Part shown: positions 52,709-62,832 of the stretch, piece by piece
Position numbering within the stretch: the stretch's first letter is position 1
Layout of the letters: each line of letters opens with the position of its first letter
Assembly (NCBI GenBank): GCA_963821525.1
Contig: CAWGED010000005.1
Location: 288,001-352,000, forward strand
Direction: 5' to 3'
DNA from: an uncultured Gemmatimonadales bacterium
GTDB lineage: Bacteria > Gemmatimonadota > Gemmatimonadetes > Gemmatimonadales > GWC2-71-9
DNA length: 64,000 nucleotides
Position numbers and translations under genes: made by a program
Notes under the pieces: model-generated
Databases searched by the model: none
What the model was told of the DNA's origin: nothing
The model's input: the letters and a program-made list of their open reading frames with translations, nothing else

Positions 52709-53038
52709 ATGCTTGACGAAGAAGACAAGGGGGGTCGCGAGGGTGGCGGCTTTCTGACCGGTTTGGTGCTCGGGGCGGCTGTAGGCGCGGTCGTGGCCCT
52801 GCTCTTTGCCCCGGCCAGCGGGGAGGAAACCCGGCGGTTGGTGCGGAAACGGGCCAGGGCGATCGAAAAGAAGGCCGCCTCGGCGTGGGTCGCTGAACGG
52901 GACGCGGCACGCCACGCGATGCGACGGCGCCGCAAGCAGCTCCGGGAGAAGCTCGAGTCCGCCGCTTCGAGGGCGGACGAGGTTCTGGGAGACGTGAAGG
53001 ACCGGCTGGGTGACGTGAAGGACCGGCTGCGCGGCTGA
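52709..53038 (+). CDS. YtxH domain protein
   Basis: FLTGLVLGAAVGAVVALLFAPASGEETR; GGAGG RBS. Confidence 0.88.
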   Translation: MLDEEDKGGREGGGFLTGLVLGAAVGAVVALLFAPASGEETRRLVRKRARAIEKKAASAWVAERDAARHAMRRRRKQLREKLESAASRADEVLGDVKDRLGDVKDRLRG

Positions 53039-53043
53039 GACCG

Positions 53044-53835
53044 CTAGTCCTTGTCCTTCTTGTTGGCGATCCGTTTCAGCAGTGCCGCCGCCTCGGCTTG
53101 ATACCCGGGGTCGGCGGCATCGAAGACCGGCAGCTCGGCGATCTCGGTGAGCTGTTGCCTGGCGTCGCTGTAGCGATCGACGTCCACATAGATCTCGGCC
53201 AGGTCAAGGCGGTGGTACACGCTTTCGGGATTGAGCGCCACCGCCTTCTGCATGTTATCGATCGCTCCCTGCCAGGACGCGGCGTCGAATACCGCGCCGC
53301 CCAGAAAATTTTTCGCGAAGAAGCGAGTGAGCCCGGAAAGCCGCATGATTTCGGCGTTCCACCGGCCCAGCACATGGTAGGCCTTGTCATGGTTGGGGTC
53401 CAGCGCGAGAGCCTTGAGCGCCTCGTTCCGAATCTCGGCTGCGCGCTTGACCCGCTCCTTCTTGCTCTTGGTCAGGGAGGCGCGCCCGATCGCGGCGGCG
53501 AGGATGAAGTGGCCATCAGGGCCGGTTGAATCGGCCTTGACCGCGGCTCGTGCCAGGGTCTCGGCCCGGGCGTAGAGTGAATCCCGCGCTCGCGACTTCA
53601 CGCTGTCCGGAGTCTGCTTGCCGATATCGACCAGCGCCTGAGCGGCGCCCCAGTTCGCTTCGTAGTTGGTGGAATCAACCGCCAGCACCGCTTCGAATTC
53701 TGCCAGAGCCGCGGTTGGGTTCCTGGTCGTGAATTCGCGGCCTGCGGCGAGGTGGTCCTCCACCGACTGGCCCAGCAGCTTCGAGCCTGACCCCATCAAC
53801 AGGGCGGCGATCAACAACTGGGTGCGCGGTGTCAC
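53044..53835 (-). CDS. Secreted TPR-like protein (RMDN-like)
   Basis: Signal peptide; helical repeats KALALDPNHDKAYHVLGRW and KAVALNPESVYHRLDLA. Confidence 0.75.
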   Translation of the reverse strand: MTPRTQLLIAALLMGSGSKLLGQSVEDHLAAGREFTTRNPTAALAEFEAVLAVDSTNYEANWGAAQALVDIGKQTPDSVKSRARDSLYARAETLARAAVKADSTGPDGHFILAAAIGRASLTKSKKERVKRAAEIRNEALKALALDPNHDKAYHVLGRWNAEIMRLSGLTRFFAKNFLGGAVFDAASWQGAIDNMQKAVALNPESVYHRLDLAEIYVDVDRYSDARQQLTEIAELPVFDAADPGYQAEAAALLKRIANKKDKD

Positions 53836-53882
53836 GACGAGTTCGCTCCGCGTTTGGACCAGAGTGAGGAACCGGCGGCTGA

Positions 53883-55220
53883 ATGGTGATCCAGCCTCTA
53901 ATTGAACGCAAGCGCGACGGCGGAGAGCTCACCGCCGCCGAATGGACCGCTCTGGTCGAGGGATTCACCGCAGGAGCGGTGCCTGACTATCAGATGTCGG
54001 CACTGCTCATGGCGGTTGTGCTTCGGGGAATGAGCGCAGCCGAGCTCAACGCTCTCTGCGAAAGCATGCTCCACTCGGGCCAGACCCTCGACTTCGGTAC
54101 CTGGGCGGTTCCCCGGGTAGACAAACATTCGACTGGCGGCGTCGGCGACAAGGTTTCCCTGGTGCTGGCACCGCTCGTCGCAAGCTGCGGTGTTGCGGTC
54201 CCCATGATTTCCGGCCGCGGGCTGGGACACACCGGCGGGACCACCGACAAGATGGAATCGATCCCTGGATTTCGGACCGATCTTTCGCTCGCGGAGACCC
54301 GGGACCAGGTCCAGCGGATCGGCGTCGCGATGGTCGGTCAGACCGCGGAGATTGCCCCGGCCGACGGCCGGCTCTACGCACTGCGCGATGTGACGGGAAC
54401 CGTGCCCTCTGTTCCCCTCCTCGCCGCGAGCATCATGGCCAAGAAGCTCGCCGAGGGGCTGAATGCGCTGGTGCTGGATGTGAAGACTGGAAGCGGTGCC
54501 TTTCTTCCGGAAGCAGAGCGAGGTATCGAACTCGCGCGCACGATGGTCGGCTTGGGCGAGGCTCACGGTTGCCGAACCGTCGCCTACTTGAGCGCGATGG
54601 ATCAGCCGCTCGGCCGTGCGATCGGAAACGCTCTCGAAGTGGAAGAGGCGCTCCTCGCCCTCGCTGGCGAGGGTCCCGAAGACCTGTCCCGTCTCACTCG
54701 AACTCTTGCCATCGAGATGCTGCGGGCGGGCGGCGTCGTTAAGGACCGCAAGGAGGGAGCAGCCAGGGTCGATGAAGCCCTGGGCTCCGGTAAGGCTCTC
54801 GACACCTTCCGGAAAATCATCGAAGCGCAAGGCGGCAATCCCGCGGTAGTTGATGATCCCGGCGTGCTGCCTCAGGCCGAGGAAGTAGAGCTCTTTCCGG
54901 CACCGATCGGTGGTACGATTCGGCAGATCGAGCCACGAGCGTTGGGCGAGGCCATCGTGGAGATGGGAGGCGGCCGTCGCGCCCTGGGGGACGCGGTGGA
55001 TCACTCGGTTGGGTTTGTGGTGACGGTGAAGCCTGGAAGCAAGGTGATCGCCGGGGAACCGATCGCTTCGGTGTTCGCCAGGGACAAGGCAGGAGTCGAG
55101 ATCGGGCTCGCCGCGCTGAGGAGCGCGATCAAATTCACCGGAACGTCTGATCCACTTCCACTGGTGTCGCACCGAATTACTGCTGACGGGGTCGAAACTC
55201 TCGAACGAGGATACCTATGA
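53883..55220 (+). CDS. deoA: Thymidine/pyrimidine-nucleoside phosphorylase
   Basis: DKHSTGGVGDK, SGRGLGHTGGT, YALRDVTGTV and DVKTGSGAF. Confidence 0.94.
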   Translation: MVIQPLIERKRDGGELTAAEWTALVEGFTAGAVPDYQMSALLMAVVLRGMSAAELNALCESMLHSGQTLDFGTWAVPRVDKHSTGGVGDKVSLVLAPLVASCGVAVPMISGRGLGHTGGTTDKMESIPGFRTDLSLAETRDQVQRIGVAMVGQTAEIAPADGRLYALRDVTGTVPSVPLLAASIMAKKLAEGLNALVLDVKTGSGAFLPEAERGIELARTMVGLGEAHGCRTVAYLSAMDQPLGRAIGNALEVEEALLALAGEGPEDLSRLTRTLAIEMLRAGGVVKDRKEGAARVDEALGSGKALDTFRKIIEAQGGNPAVVDDPGVLPQAEEVELFPAPIGGTIRQIEPRALGEAIVEMGGGRRALGDAVDHSVGFVVTVKPGSKVIAGEPIASVFARDKAGVEIGLAALRSAIKFTGTSDPLPLVSHRITADGVETLERGYL

Positions 55221-55441
55221 GCGGTGGGCTTCTGCTGCTGCTCGCAATCGCCGTCTTCCTTGCCTGGTTGATGCGGCCCGGTCGTCACTCCCGGGATCCA
55301 TCAAACCTGGAGGAGCCGGACCAGGATGAGCTGGAGGCTGCCGAGCGGGAGGTCCGCGACCTCGGCGCTCACCAGCGGCCGGAAGATGGCTTCGAGGGAG
55401 ACGACTGGGGCCCAGGCGCAGGCAACCCTCGCGTCCAGTAG
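55217..55441 (+). CDS. Small membrane-anchored acidic protein
   Basis: ATGA overlap with deoA; N-terminal TM, acidic tail DDWGPG. Confidence 0.7.
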   Translation: MSGGLLLLLAIAVFLAWLMRPGRHSRDPSNLEEPDQDELEAAEREVRDLGAHQRPEDGFEGDDWGPGAGNPRVQ

Positions 55442-55676
55442 CGCCGAAAGCGAGGCCTCAGGAAGTCCGCCACCTTCCGATCCGCCGTTTAGAAACGTGC
55501 TACTCGTCCCTCCCTCGCTGCACGAGGGCACGCCTTCCCGAGCGACAGTGTTGAATTGCCTGACACCCGCCGCGAGCTACTCGCGAGTCCCGCCACAAGT
55601 TGGCCGCTCTGACCACTCTCTTTACAGCACCATTTCGGGGCTGGCGACGGCGGCTCAGGGATGAGCCTGACGGCCG

Positions 55677-55693
55677 TTGGTACGCCAAATGCT
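55677..55693 (+). promoter_or_regulatory. Candidate sigma54 (-24/-12) promoter
   Basis: TTGGTACGCCAAATGCT: GG-N10-GC spacing, close to YTGGCACG-N4-TTGCW. Confidence 0.6.
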
Positions 55694-55810
55694 GACAATG
55701 ACTTAGCTGGTCCACTCAAAGCAGTATGGTAGCGATCCAAGAGTAGACAACAATTCGGGACCCGCGATGCGGGCCGACACGGGTACCGATCTGTGACGGG
55801 GAGGTAGGAC

Positions 55811-56920
55811 GTGGGGGTCACGCGCGAACAGACGCGGAGGCTTGCTCCGCGGACGCGGTACGGGAACGGACCGAACGGTGGCCACGCCGGGAACACGGCG
55901 GCCCGAATTCTCGTGGTTGATGATGAGGCGTCCAACGTCGAAGCACTGATCCGGATTCTCAATCGCGCCGGATTCCGTCACGTGAAGGGCACGACTGATT
56001 CGCGCTCCGTTCTCCAGCTGCTCGAAGATCACAATCCCGATCTGATCCTGCTCGACCTTCACATGCCGAATATGGACGGTTTCGCGGTGCTGACCCAGCT
56101 CCGCGCCGCGATTCCTTCCGATTGCTATCTGCCGATCCTCATGCTCACCGCCGACGACAGCGCTCAGATGAGACAACGGGCGCTTTCGATGGGAGCCAAG
56201 GATTTCCTCGGCAAGCCGTTCGACGTCCCCGAAGTGCTCCTCCGGATTCGCAACCTGATCGAGACCCGCACGTTGCACCTCGCCCTGCAGTCCCAGAACC
56301 AGAGTCTCGAGCGCCGAGTGGCCGAGCGCACCGCCGCGCTGGAGCGGACTCAGGTCGAAGTCCTGGAGCGCCTGGCGGCCGCTGCGGAGTTCCGGGACGA
56401 CGCGACCGGGCGGCACACCCAGCGGGTTGCCGCGCTGGCGGGCGCCCTCGCCGTCGATCTGGGCGTGGGAGAGACCGTCTCCAGCCTGATTCGGCGGGCG
56501 GCACCACTGCATGACGTGGGGAAGATCGGAGTGCCTGACCGCATCCTGCTCAAACCCGGGAGGCTTACCCCTCGCGAGCTGGGGGTGATGCGGACTCATA
56601 CGACGATCGGTGCCCGGATCCTGGGCGGAGGCAAGTCCGCGATGATCCAGATGGCGCAGCGTATCGCGCAGAGCCACCACGAGCGGTGGGACGGGAAAGG
56701 ATATCCCTACGGGCTGGCCGGGGAGGCGATCCCGCTCGAAGCTCGCATCGTCGCCATCGCGGACTTCTTCGACGCGCTGACTCACGACCGGCCATATCGC
56801 AGCGCGCGGCCGGTGGAAACAGTAAGGGTCGAAATCAGCCGCCGGAGCGGGGCTCATTTCGACCCTCAGGTGACTGAAGCGTTTCTCTCGTTTCAGTCTC
56901 CGGAGCAGATGCTGCGATAG
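55811..56920 (+). CDS. Response regulator REC + HD-GYP c-di-GMP phosphodiesterase (RpfG-like)
   Basis: ILVVDDE, LLDLHMP, KPF; HDVGKIG and HHERWDGKGYP; GGGAGG RBS. Confidence 0.93.
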   Translation: MGVTREQTRRLAPRTRYGNGPNGGHAGNTAARILVVDDEASNVEALIRILNRAGFRHVKGTTDSRSVLQLLEDHNPDLILLDLHMPNMDGFAVLTQLRAAIPSDCYLPILMLTADDSAQMRQRALSMGAKDFLGKPFDVPEVLLRIRNLIETRTLHLALQSQNQSLERRVAERTAALERTQVEVLERLAAAAEFRDDATGRHTQRVAALAGALAVDLGVGETVSSLIRRAAPLHDVGKIGVPDRILLKPGRLTPRELGVMRTHTTIGARILGGGKSAMIQMAQRIAQSHHERWDGKGYPYGLAGEAIPLEARIVAIADFFDALTHDRPYRSARPVETVRVEISRRSGAHFDPQVTEAFLSFQSPEQMLR

Positions 56921-56926
56921 GCCGGT

Positions 56927-58885
<1,959 letters not shown>

Positions 58886-59246
58886 TCAGGGGGTAACGCC
58901 ATCGCGCCGGCGGAACCCGCCGGGCATCCATCGTATCGACTTGATCCGACCGGTCCTGCCCGGCATTGATCCGGGCCAGGATGGTCGGAGTCATCAGGCC
59001 CAGCTCACTCGCCCATGGTGCGCTCGCCACCCGCACGCGGAGCACGCCGTCGGCTGTCACCGAATCGGGCTCCGTCACCCGAGCGATCTGCGGTCCCACC
59101 AGCCGCGCCCACTCGTCCAGCACACTCGCCTGCTGTACTCGGCGCGACAGGCCAGCGGACTTGAGATACTTGTCCAACGCATCTTTGAGCACCGTCGGGC
59201 CGGTGGGAGCAGGAGTCAGACGCCTTGTTTTTCTGGACTCAGCCAT
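58886..59246 (-). CDS. dciA: DUF721/DciA family protein, apparent +1 frameshift near 58962
   Basis: W..LVG..IA..T.P....GVL.V.V.S.PWA.EL pattern between recF and gyrB; corrected end ...RTGRIKSIRWMPGGFRRRDGVTP*. Confidence 0.8.
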
Positions 59247-59300
59247 AAGCCGTAAGCCTTACGCTATAGCCGCTCGGAACCCGGAACTCGGAACTACTCA
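59241..59300. repeat. Short heptamer arrays (AAGCCRT, CGGAACT) between recF and dciA
   Basis: agccataagccgtaagcc ... ctcggaacccggaactcggaactactc. Confidence 0.65.
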
Positions 59301-60383
59301 GTCCTCGATACTCACTACTCCACCCCTCACCCTCCACACCGGCAGCTCCATGCCCGGTCCCAGCTCGTCCGCCCGAGGCGAGGTGATGAACACCTGAGCC
59401 TGTCCTACTCGCCGCAGCCGAGTCGCGAGCCGTTCCTGCCGCTCCTGATCCAGTTCGGCGAAGACATCGTCCAGCAGCAACGCCGGCGCTTCTCCCGCTG
59501 CCCGTCGCAGCGTTTCCAGCTCCAGCAGCTTCAGCGCGATCGCCGCACTCCGCTGCTGGCCGGTGGAGCCGAATTCCCGGACACCGTGCCCCTCGAGGCA
59601 GAGCCGCATATCGTCGCGGTGCGGTCCCACAGTGGTGGCGCCCCTCGCCTGATCCCGCGCCGCCGCCGCGTCGAGCGCGGCGGGCCATGCCTCGGGGTCC
59701 GCGAGCTCTGCTGGTCCCGCATATCCGAGATCCGCCGCGGCGCGAGGCTCGCCCAGAGCCAGCAACTCGTCGCGAAATCCGGCCTGCGCCTGTTCTACCC
59801 AGGCGAGGCGCCCGGCGACCACTCGCGCTCCAGCGCGTGCCAGCGGCGCGTCGAAGGCTCGGGCCAGATCCAGTCGTCCGGCGCGGAGTGCCGCGTTCCG
59901 CTGCCCGAGCGCGTGGCGGTATGTCGCAAGCGCCGTGAAGTATTGCCGGTCGGCCAGCGCCAGCGTGCGATCGAGGAACAATCGCCTCCCGGCCGCGGGT
60001 CCCGACGCGAGCCGTACATCCTCGGGGAGAAACGCCACCGCTACCCAGGTCCCGGCGCCATCGGCCAGCCGCCTCAGCGGCTCGCCATCCAGGACATGCT
60101 CTTTCTTGCGGCCCGCGGCGCGGTAGGTGACGGCCGCATGGTGGGACTGGTCGCGGGCTTCGAAGCGGAGAGCCACGTGAAAACCCGGCTCTCCAAACCG
60201 CACGATTTCCTGGTCCGAGGCCCCGCGCAGCGAGCGAAACAGCACGGGGAAGTAGATCGCCTCGAGCAGGCTCGTCTTACCCTCGCCGTTGGCGCCGAGG
60301 AGTACCGCGCCCTCGGGCCCTGCCTCCAGCGTGGTGTCCTTCAGGTTCCGGAAACTCCGGACTGTGAGCTCCTGGAACCGCAC
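59298..60383 (-). CDS. recF: DNA replication/repair protein RecF
   Basis: FRNL, GANGEGKTSLLEAI, GPHRDD, GSTGQQR and LLLDDVFAELD. Confidence 0.95.
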   Translation of the reverse strand: MRFQELTVRSFRNLKDTTLEAGPEGAVLLGANGEGKTSLLEAIYFPVLFRSLRGASDQEIVRFGEPGFHVALRFEARDQSHHAAVTYRAAGRKKEHVLDGEPLRRLADGAGTWVAVAFLPEDVRLASGPAAGRRLFLDRTLALADRQYFTALATYRHALGQRNAALRAGRLDLARAFDAPLARAGARVVAGRLAWVEQAQAGFRDELLALGEPRAAADLGYAGPAELADPEAWPAALDAAAARDQARGATTVGPHRDDMRLCLEGHGVREFGSTGQQRSAAIALKLLELETLRRAAGEAPALLLDDVFAELDQERQERLATRLRRVGQAQVFITSPRADELGPGMELPVWRVRGGVVSIED

Positions 60384-60811
60384 TACTGAATCGTCAGGTG
60401 ACGGATCGCGGTGTCACCGTGGGTACCGAGCACATCCACCCCGAACACCCGCACGGTAATCACTGCGCCCGAGAGACCGCCGGTCGTGATCGGCAGCCCG
60501 AAGCGCACCGTGTCCGAGCTCGCGATGAACGGTGGAAACCCCGATATCCCTCCCTCGGTCTCGAAGTACACCGTGTCTACCCCGTCGGCGTCCCCCACTC
60601 GCCCAGCCACGAAATACACCGGACCCGCGGTAATCGTGGTGTCTACAGACGGACGGTCGATCGTGCTGGTTGGGCCGCCTGCGGAAGGCCCCGTAGGGGG
60701 AGTAGGGAAGAAGATTCTGTCCCGCTCGTTGCACCCGAGCAGCGCCGTGCTAAGCACCGATATCACAAGGCCTGCGGCCAACTCCGGCAACCCGGGACGA
60801 CCCCTCTTCAT
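60383..60811 (-). CDS. Putative lipoprotein (Ig-like)
   Basis: LLGC lipobox; beta-rich; stop overlaps the recF start. Confidence 0.7.
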   Translation of the reverse strand: MKRGRPGLPELAAGLVISVLSTALLGCNERDRIFFPTPPTGPSAGGPTSTIDRPSVDTTITAGPVYFVAGRVGDADGVDTVYFETEGGISGFPPFIASSDTVRFGLPITTGGLSGAVITVRVFGVDVLGTHGDTAIRHLTIQ

Positions 60812-60874
60812 AGGACACAAATTTAGTCGGTAGACAGAGGGAATTGCAGGGTTGGAACCCCCCTTTTTGCGGGC

Positions 60875-61657
60875 TCATTTCCCTCGGAAACTGGCCTTAC
60901 GCTTCTCCAGAAACGCGGCCATCCCCTCCCGCATATCCTCGGTCGAGGCGAGCAGGCCGAAATGGTTTGCCTCGAGCAAATGGGCGTCCTCGGCGGTCAT
61001 TTCCAGGCCGGCATCCACCGCCTCCAGGACCAACCGGACCGCCAGGGGTCCGTTATCGAGAATGCTCCGAACCAGCTTTTCGGCTTCGGCCAGGAGCTGG
61101 TCAGCCGGGAACACCTTGTTGACCAGTCCTATGCGCCACGCCTCCTGGGCGTCGATCATCTGTCCAGTCAGCAACAGTTCCAGCGCGCGACCTTTTCCGA
61201 CCAGTCGCGGCAACCGGACCGTTCCGCCGTAGCCGGGGCCGATTCCCAGCCTCACTTCCGGCTGGCCGAATTTCGCGTTCTCGCTGGCGAGCCTCAGGTG
61301 GCACGCCATCGCCAGCTCACAACCCCCGCCCAGCGCGAAGCCGTTTACCGCCGCGATGACGGGTTTGCCCAGCCGTTCGATCCGACGAAACACCGCCTGT
61401 CCCTCCATTGCGCGGGCTTTCCCATCGAATGGGCCCTGCCGCGACAGATCACCGATGTCGGCTCCGGCGACGAACGCCTTGGGACCAGCACCGGTCAGGA
61501 TCACCCCGCCCACCGCCGCATCGGTTTCGACTGCCCGGATCGCCAGCCCCAACTCGGCGATGACCGCGTCGTTCAGCGCGTTGAGCTTGTCGGGACGGTT
61601 GACGGTGATGAAGGCGACGCCTTCGCGGATCTCGAGTAACAGGGTCGAGTACGACAT
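60875..61657 (-). CDS. Enoyl-CoA hydratase/crotonase
   Basis: NRPDKLNAL, AFVAGADI, GFALGGGCELA, GQPEV.LG and AFLEKR. Confidence 0.94.
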   Translation of the reverse strand: MSYSTLLLEIREGVAFITVNRPDKLNALNDAVIAELGLAIRAVETDAAVGGVILTGAGPKAFVAGADIGDLSRQGPFDGKARAMEGQAVFRRIERLGKPVIAAVNGFALGGGCELAMACHLRLASENAKFGQPEVRLGIGPGYGGTVRLPRLVGKGRALELLLTGQMIDAQEAWRIGLVNKVFPADQLLAEAEKLVRSILDNGPLAVRLVLEAVDAGLEMTAEDAHLLEANHFGLLASTEDMREGMAAFLEKRKASFRGK

Positions 61658-61799
61658 GGGCTCTCGGGGGGAGGGGGCGGGCGAATTTTAGTCCGGTCGA
61701 AGGCGCCGGGGCAGGACTGTGGTTGGGGCCCTACAGACCTGAGGAGTCGGATAGTGACGCGGGGCCCTAAGGGCTCGGAAATCTTGTCCATAAGCCCTC

Positions 61800-61939
61800 A
61801 CATAGCGACGAAAATACTAACAGCAACTGTAGATATGATATCAATTAACAAATTGTGCTTTAATAACTTATGCTGAAATAGTTGCACTAGCTGTATATTT
61901 TATTGACACCTCATGAAAGCCAACGGCACCTGAGTTGCT
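61800..61939 (+). promoter_or_regulatory. AT-rich regulatory region with sigma54 promoter and IHF-like site
   Basis: CGGCACCTGAGTTGCT at 61924-61939 (GG-N10-GC); CTTTAATAACTTA at about 61858-61870 resembles an IHF site; most AT-rich stretch seen in the window. Confidence 0.7.
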
Positions 61940-62066
61940 CCTCCTCCAGCAGAGGTGCGATTGCCCGATTTTCGCCATGGGTTCTGTCGCCAACGAGGAG
62001 TTCTCTACGATAACCCGGTGTCAGGCTGTCTACGACTACCCTCTGGACGGAAGGCGCGTTGATGCG

Positions 62067-62225
62067 ATGACGGATCTCTACGGTCTGAACGATTATCCCG
62101 CACGGGATTCGATTCAGTACGGCTCGATTGCGGTGAGGGTTATCCTGATCGCGCTGGGTGGCTGGATCGCCTCGAAGGGTTTCGGCTGGCTGTTGACAAA
62201 GCTCGGCTGGGACCAGCCAAGGTGA
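62067..62225 (+). CDS. Small single-TM protein (52 aa; alternative start 61977)
   Basis: GGAAGG upstream; MTDLYGLNDYPARDSIQYGSIAVRVILIALGGWIASKGFGWLLTKLGWDQPR; stop abuts the next gene. Confidence 0.55.
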   Translation: MTDLYGLNDYPARDSIQYGSIAVRVILIALGGWIASKGFGWLLTKLGWDQPR

Positions 62226-62230
62226 AAACC

Positions 62231-62830
62231 ATGAGAGGTCAAGCGCGCGCTGTGGTACGGAACCTGAAGCCGAGTCGTCAGCGCAGCCTCATCGCGCTCG
62301 GCGTCGGTCTGACTCTCGCGCTTGCCGCCATCAGTTGCGGCAGCAGCGACCTTCCGACTGCGGACCCCTCCACTCAAGCAGTGGTCTCGCCCAACTCGAA
62401 TCTTGAGTTGCTGGATCCAGCGAAGGGCCTGCTCGGCACCGGACTCCTGGCTTGCCGAGTTGAACCGTATCAGGTGACTACAAAGACCATCGGTCCGGCC
62501 GGTGGCCGAATCGAGGTCGGCCGGCACGTTCTGGTAATCCCTGCCGGCGCACTGTCTGCTCCGACTCAGATCACCGCCGAAGCGCCGAGCGATCCGGTGG
62601 CCTCGGTTCGCTTCTCTCCTGAAGGCTTGCAATTCAAGGAGGGGCTCGCGGCCCGCCTCACGCTGGACTATTCGAATTGCCCGCTCGGCCGGTTGCAGAT
62701 TCTGAAGCGCATTGCCTACACCACCGAGCGGCTCAACATCCTCAGCTACCTGCTCTCGCGGGACAATCTCCTGCTGCAGCGGGTCAGTGGCGATGTCGGG
62801 CACTTCTCTCGGTACGCGGTGGCCTGGTAG
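62231..62830 (+). CDS. ZU5-like lipoprotein ending in HFSRYAVAW
   Basis: AISC lipobox; IGPAGGRIEV...LVIPAGALSAPTQIT ZU5-type motif; PEGLQF; C-terminal HFS motif. Confidence 0.8.
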   Translation: MRGQARAVVRNLKPSRQRSLIALGVGLTLALAAISCGSSDLPTADPSTQAVVSPNSNLELLDPAKGLLGTGLLACRVEPYQVTTKTIGPAGGRIEVGRHVLVIPAGALSAPTQITAEAPSDPVASVRFSPEGLQFKEGLAARLTLDYSNCPLGRLQILKRIAYTTERLNILSYLLSRDNLLLQRVSGDVGHFSRYAVAW

Positions 62831-62832
62831 AA

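Noticed and set aside
55441..55810. c-di-GMP or fluoride riboswitch, or CsrA-binding hairpin (GGCTCA-GGGA-TGAGCC), upstream of REC-HD-GYP
   Set aside because: Riboswitch consensus elements were not found, and the hairpin lies upstream of the predicted sigma54 TSS so would not be in the mRNA. An Infernal/Rfam scan would settle it.
61850..61880. Possible dif site (TTATGCTGAAA resembles the XerD arm TTATGTTAAAT)
   Set aside because: The XerC arm and 6-bp spacer do not fit, and the region is better explained as a sigma54/IHF promoter.
61660..61930. oriC near recF-gyrB
   Set aside because: No dnaA/dnaN in the window and no cluster of TTATCCACA boxes; only a weak TTGTCCATA.
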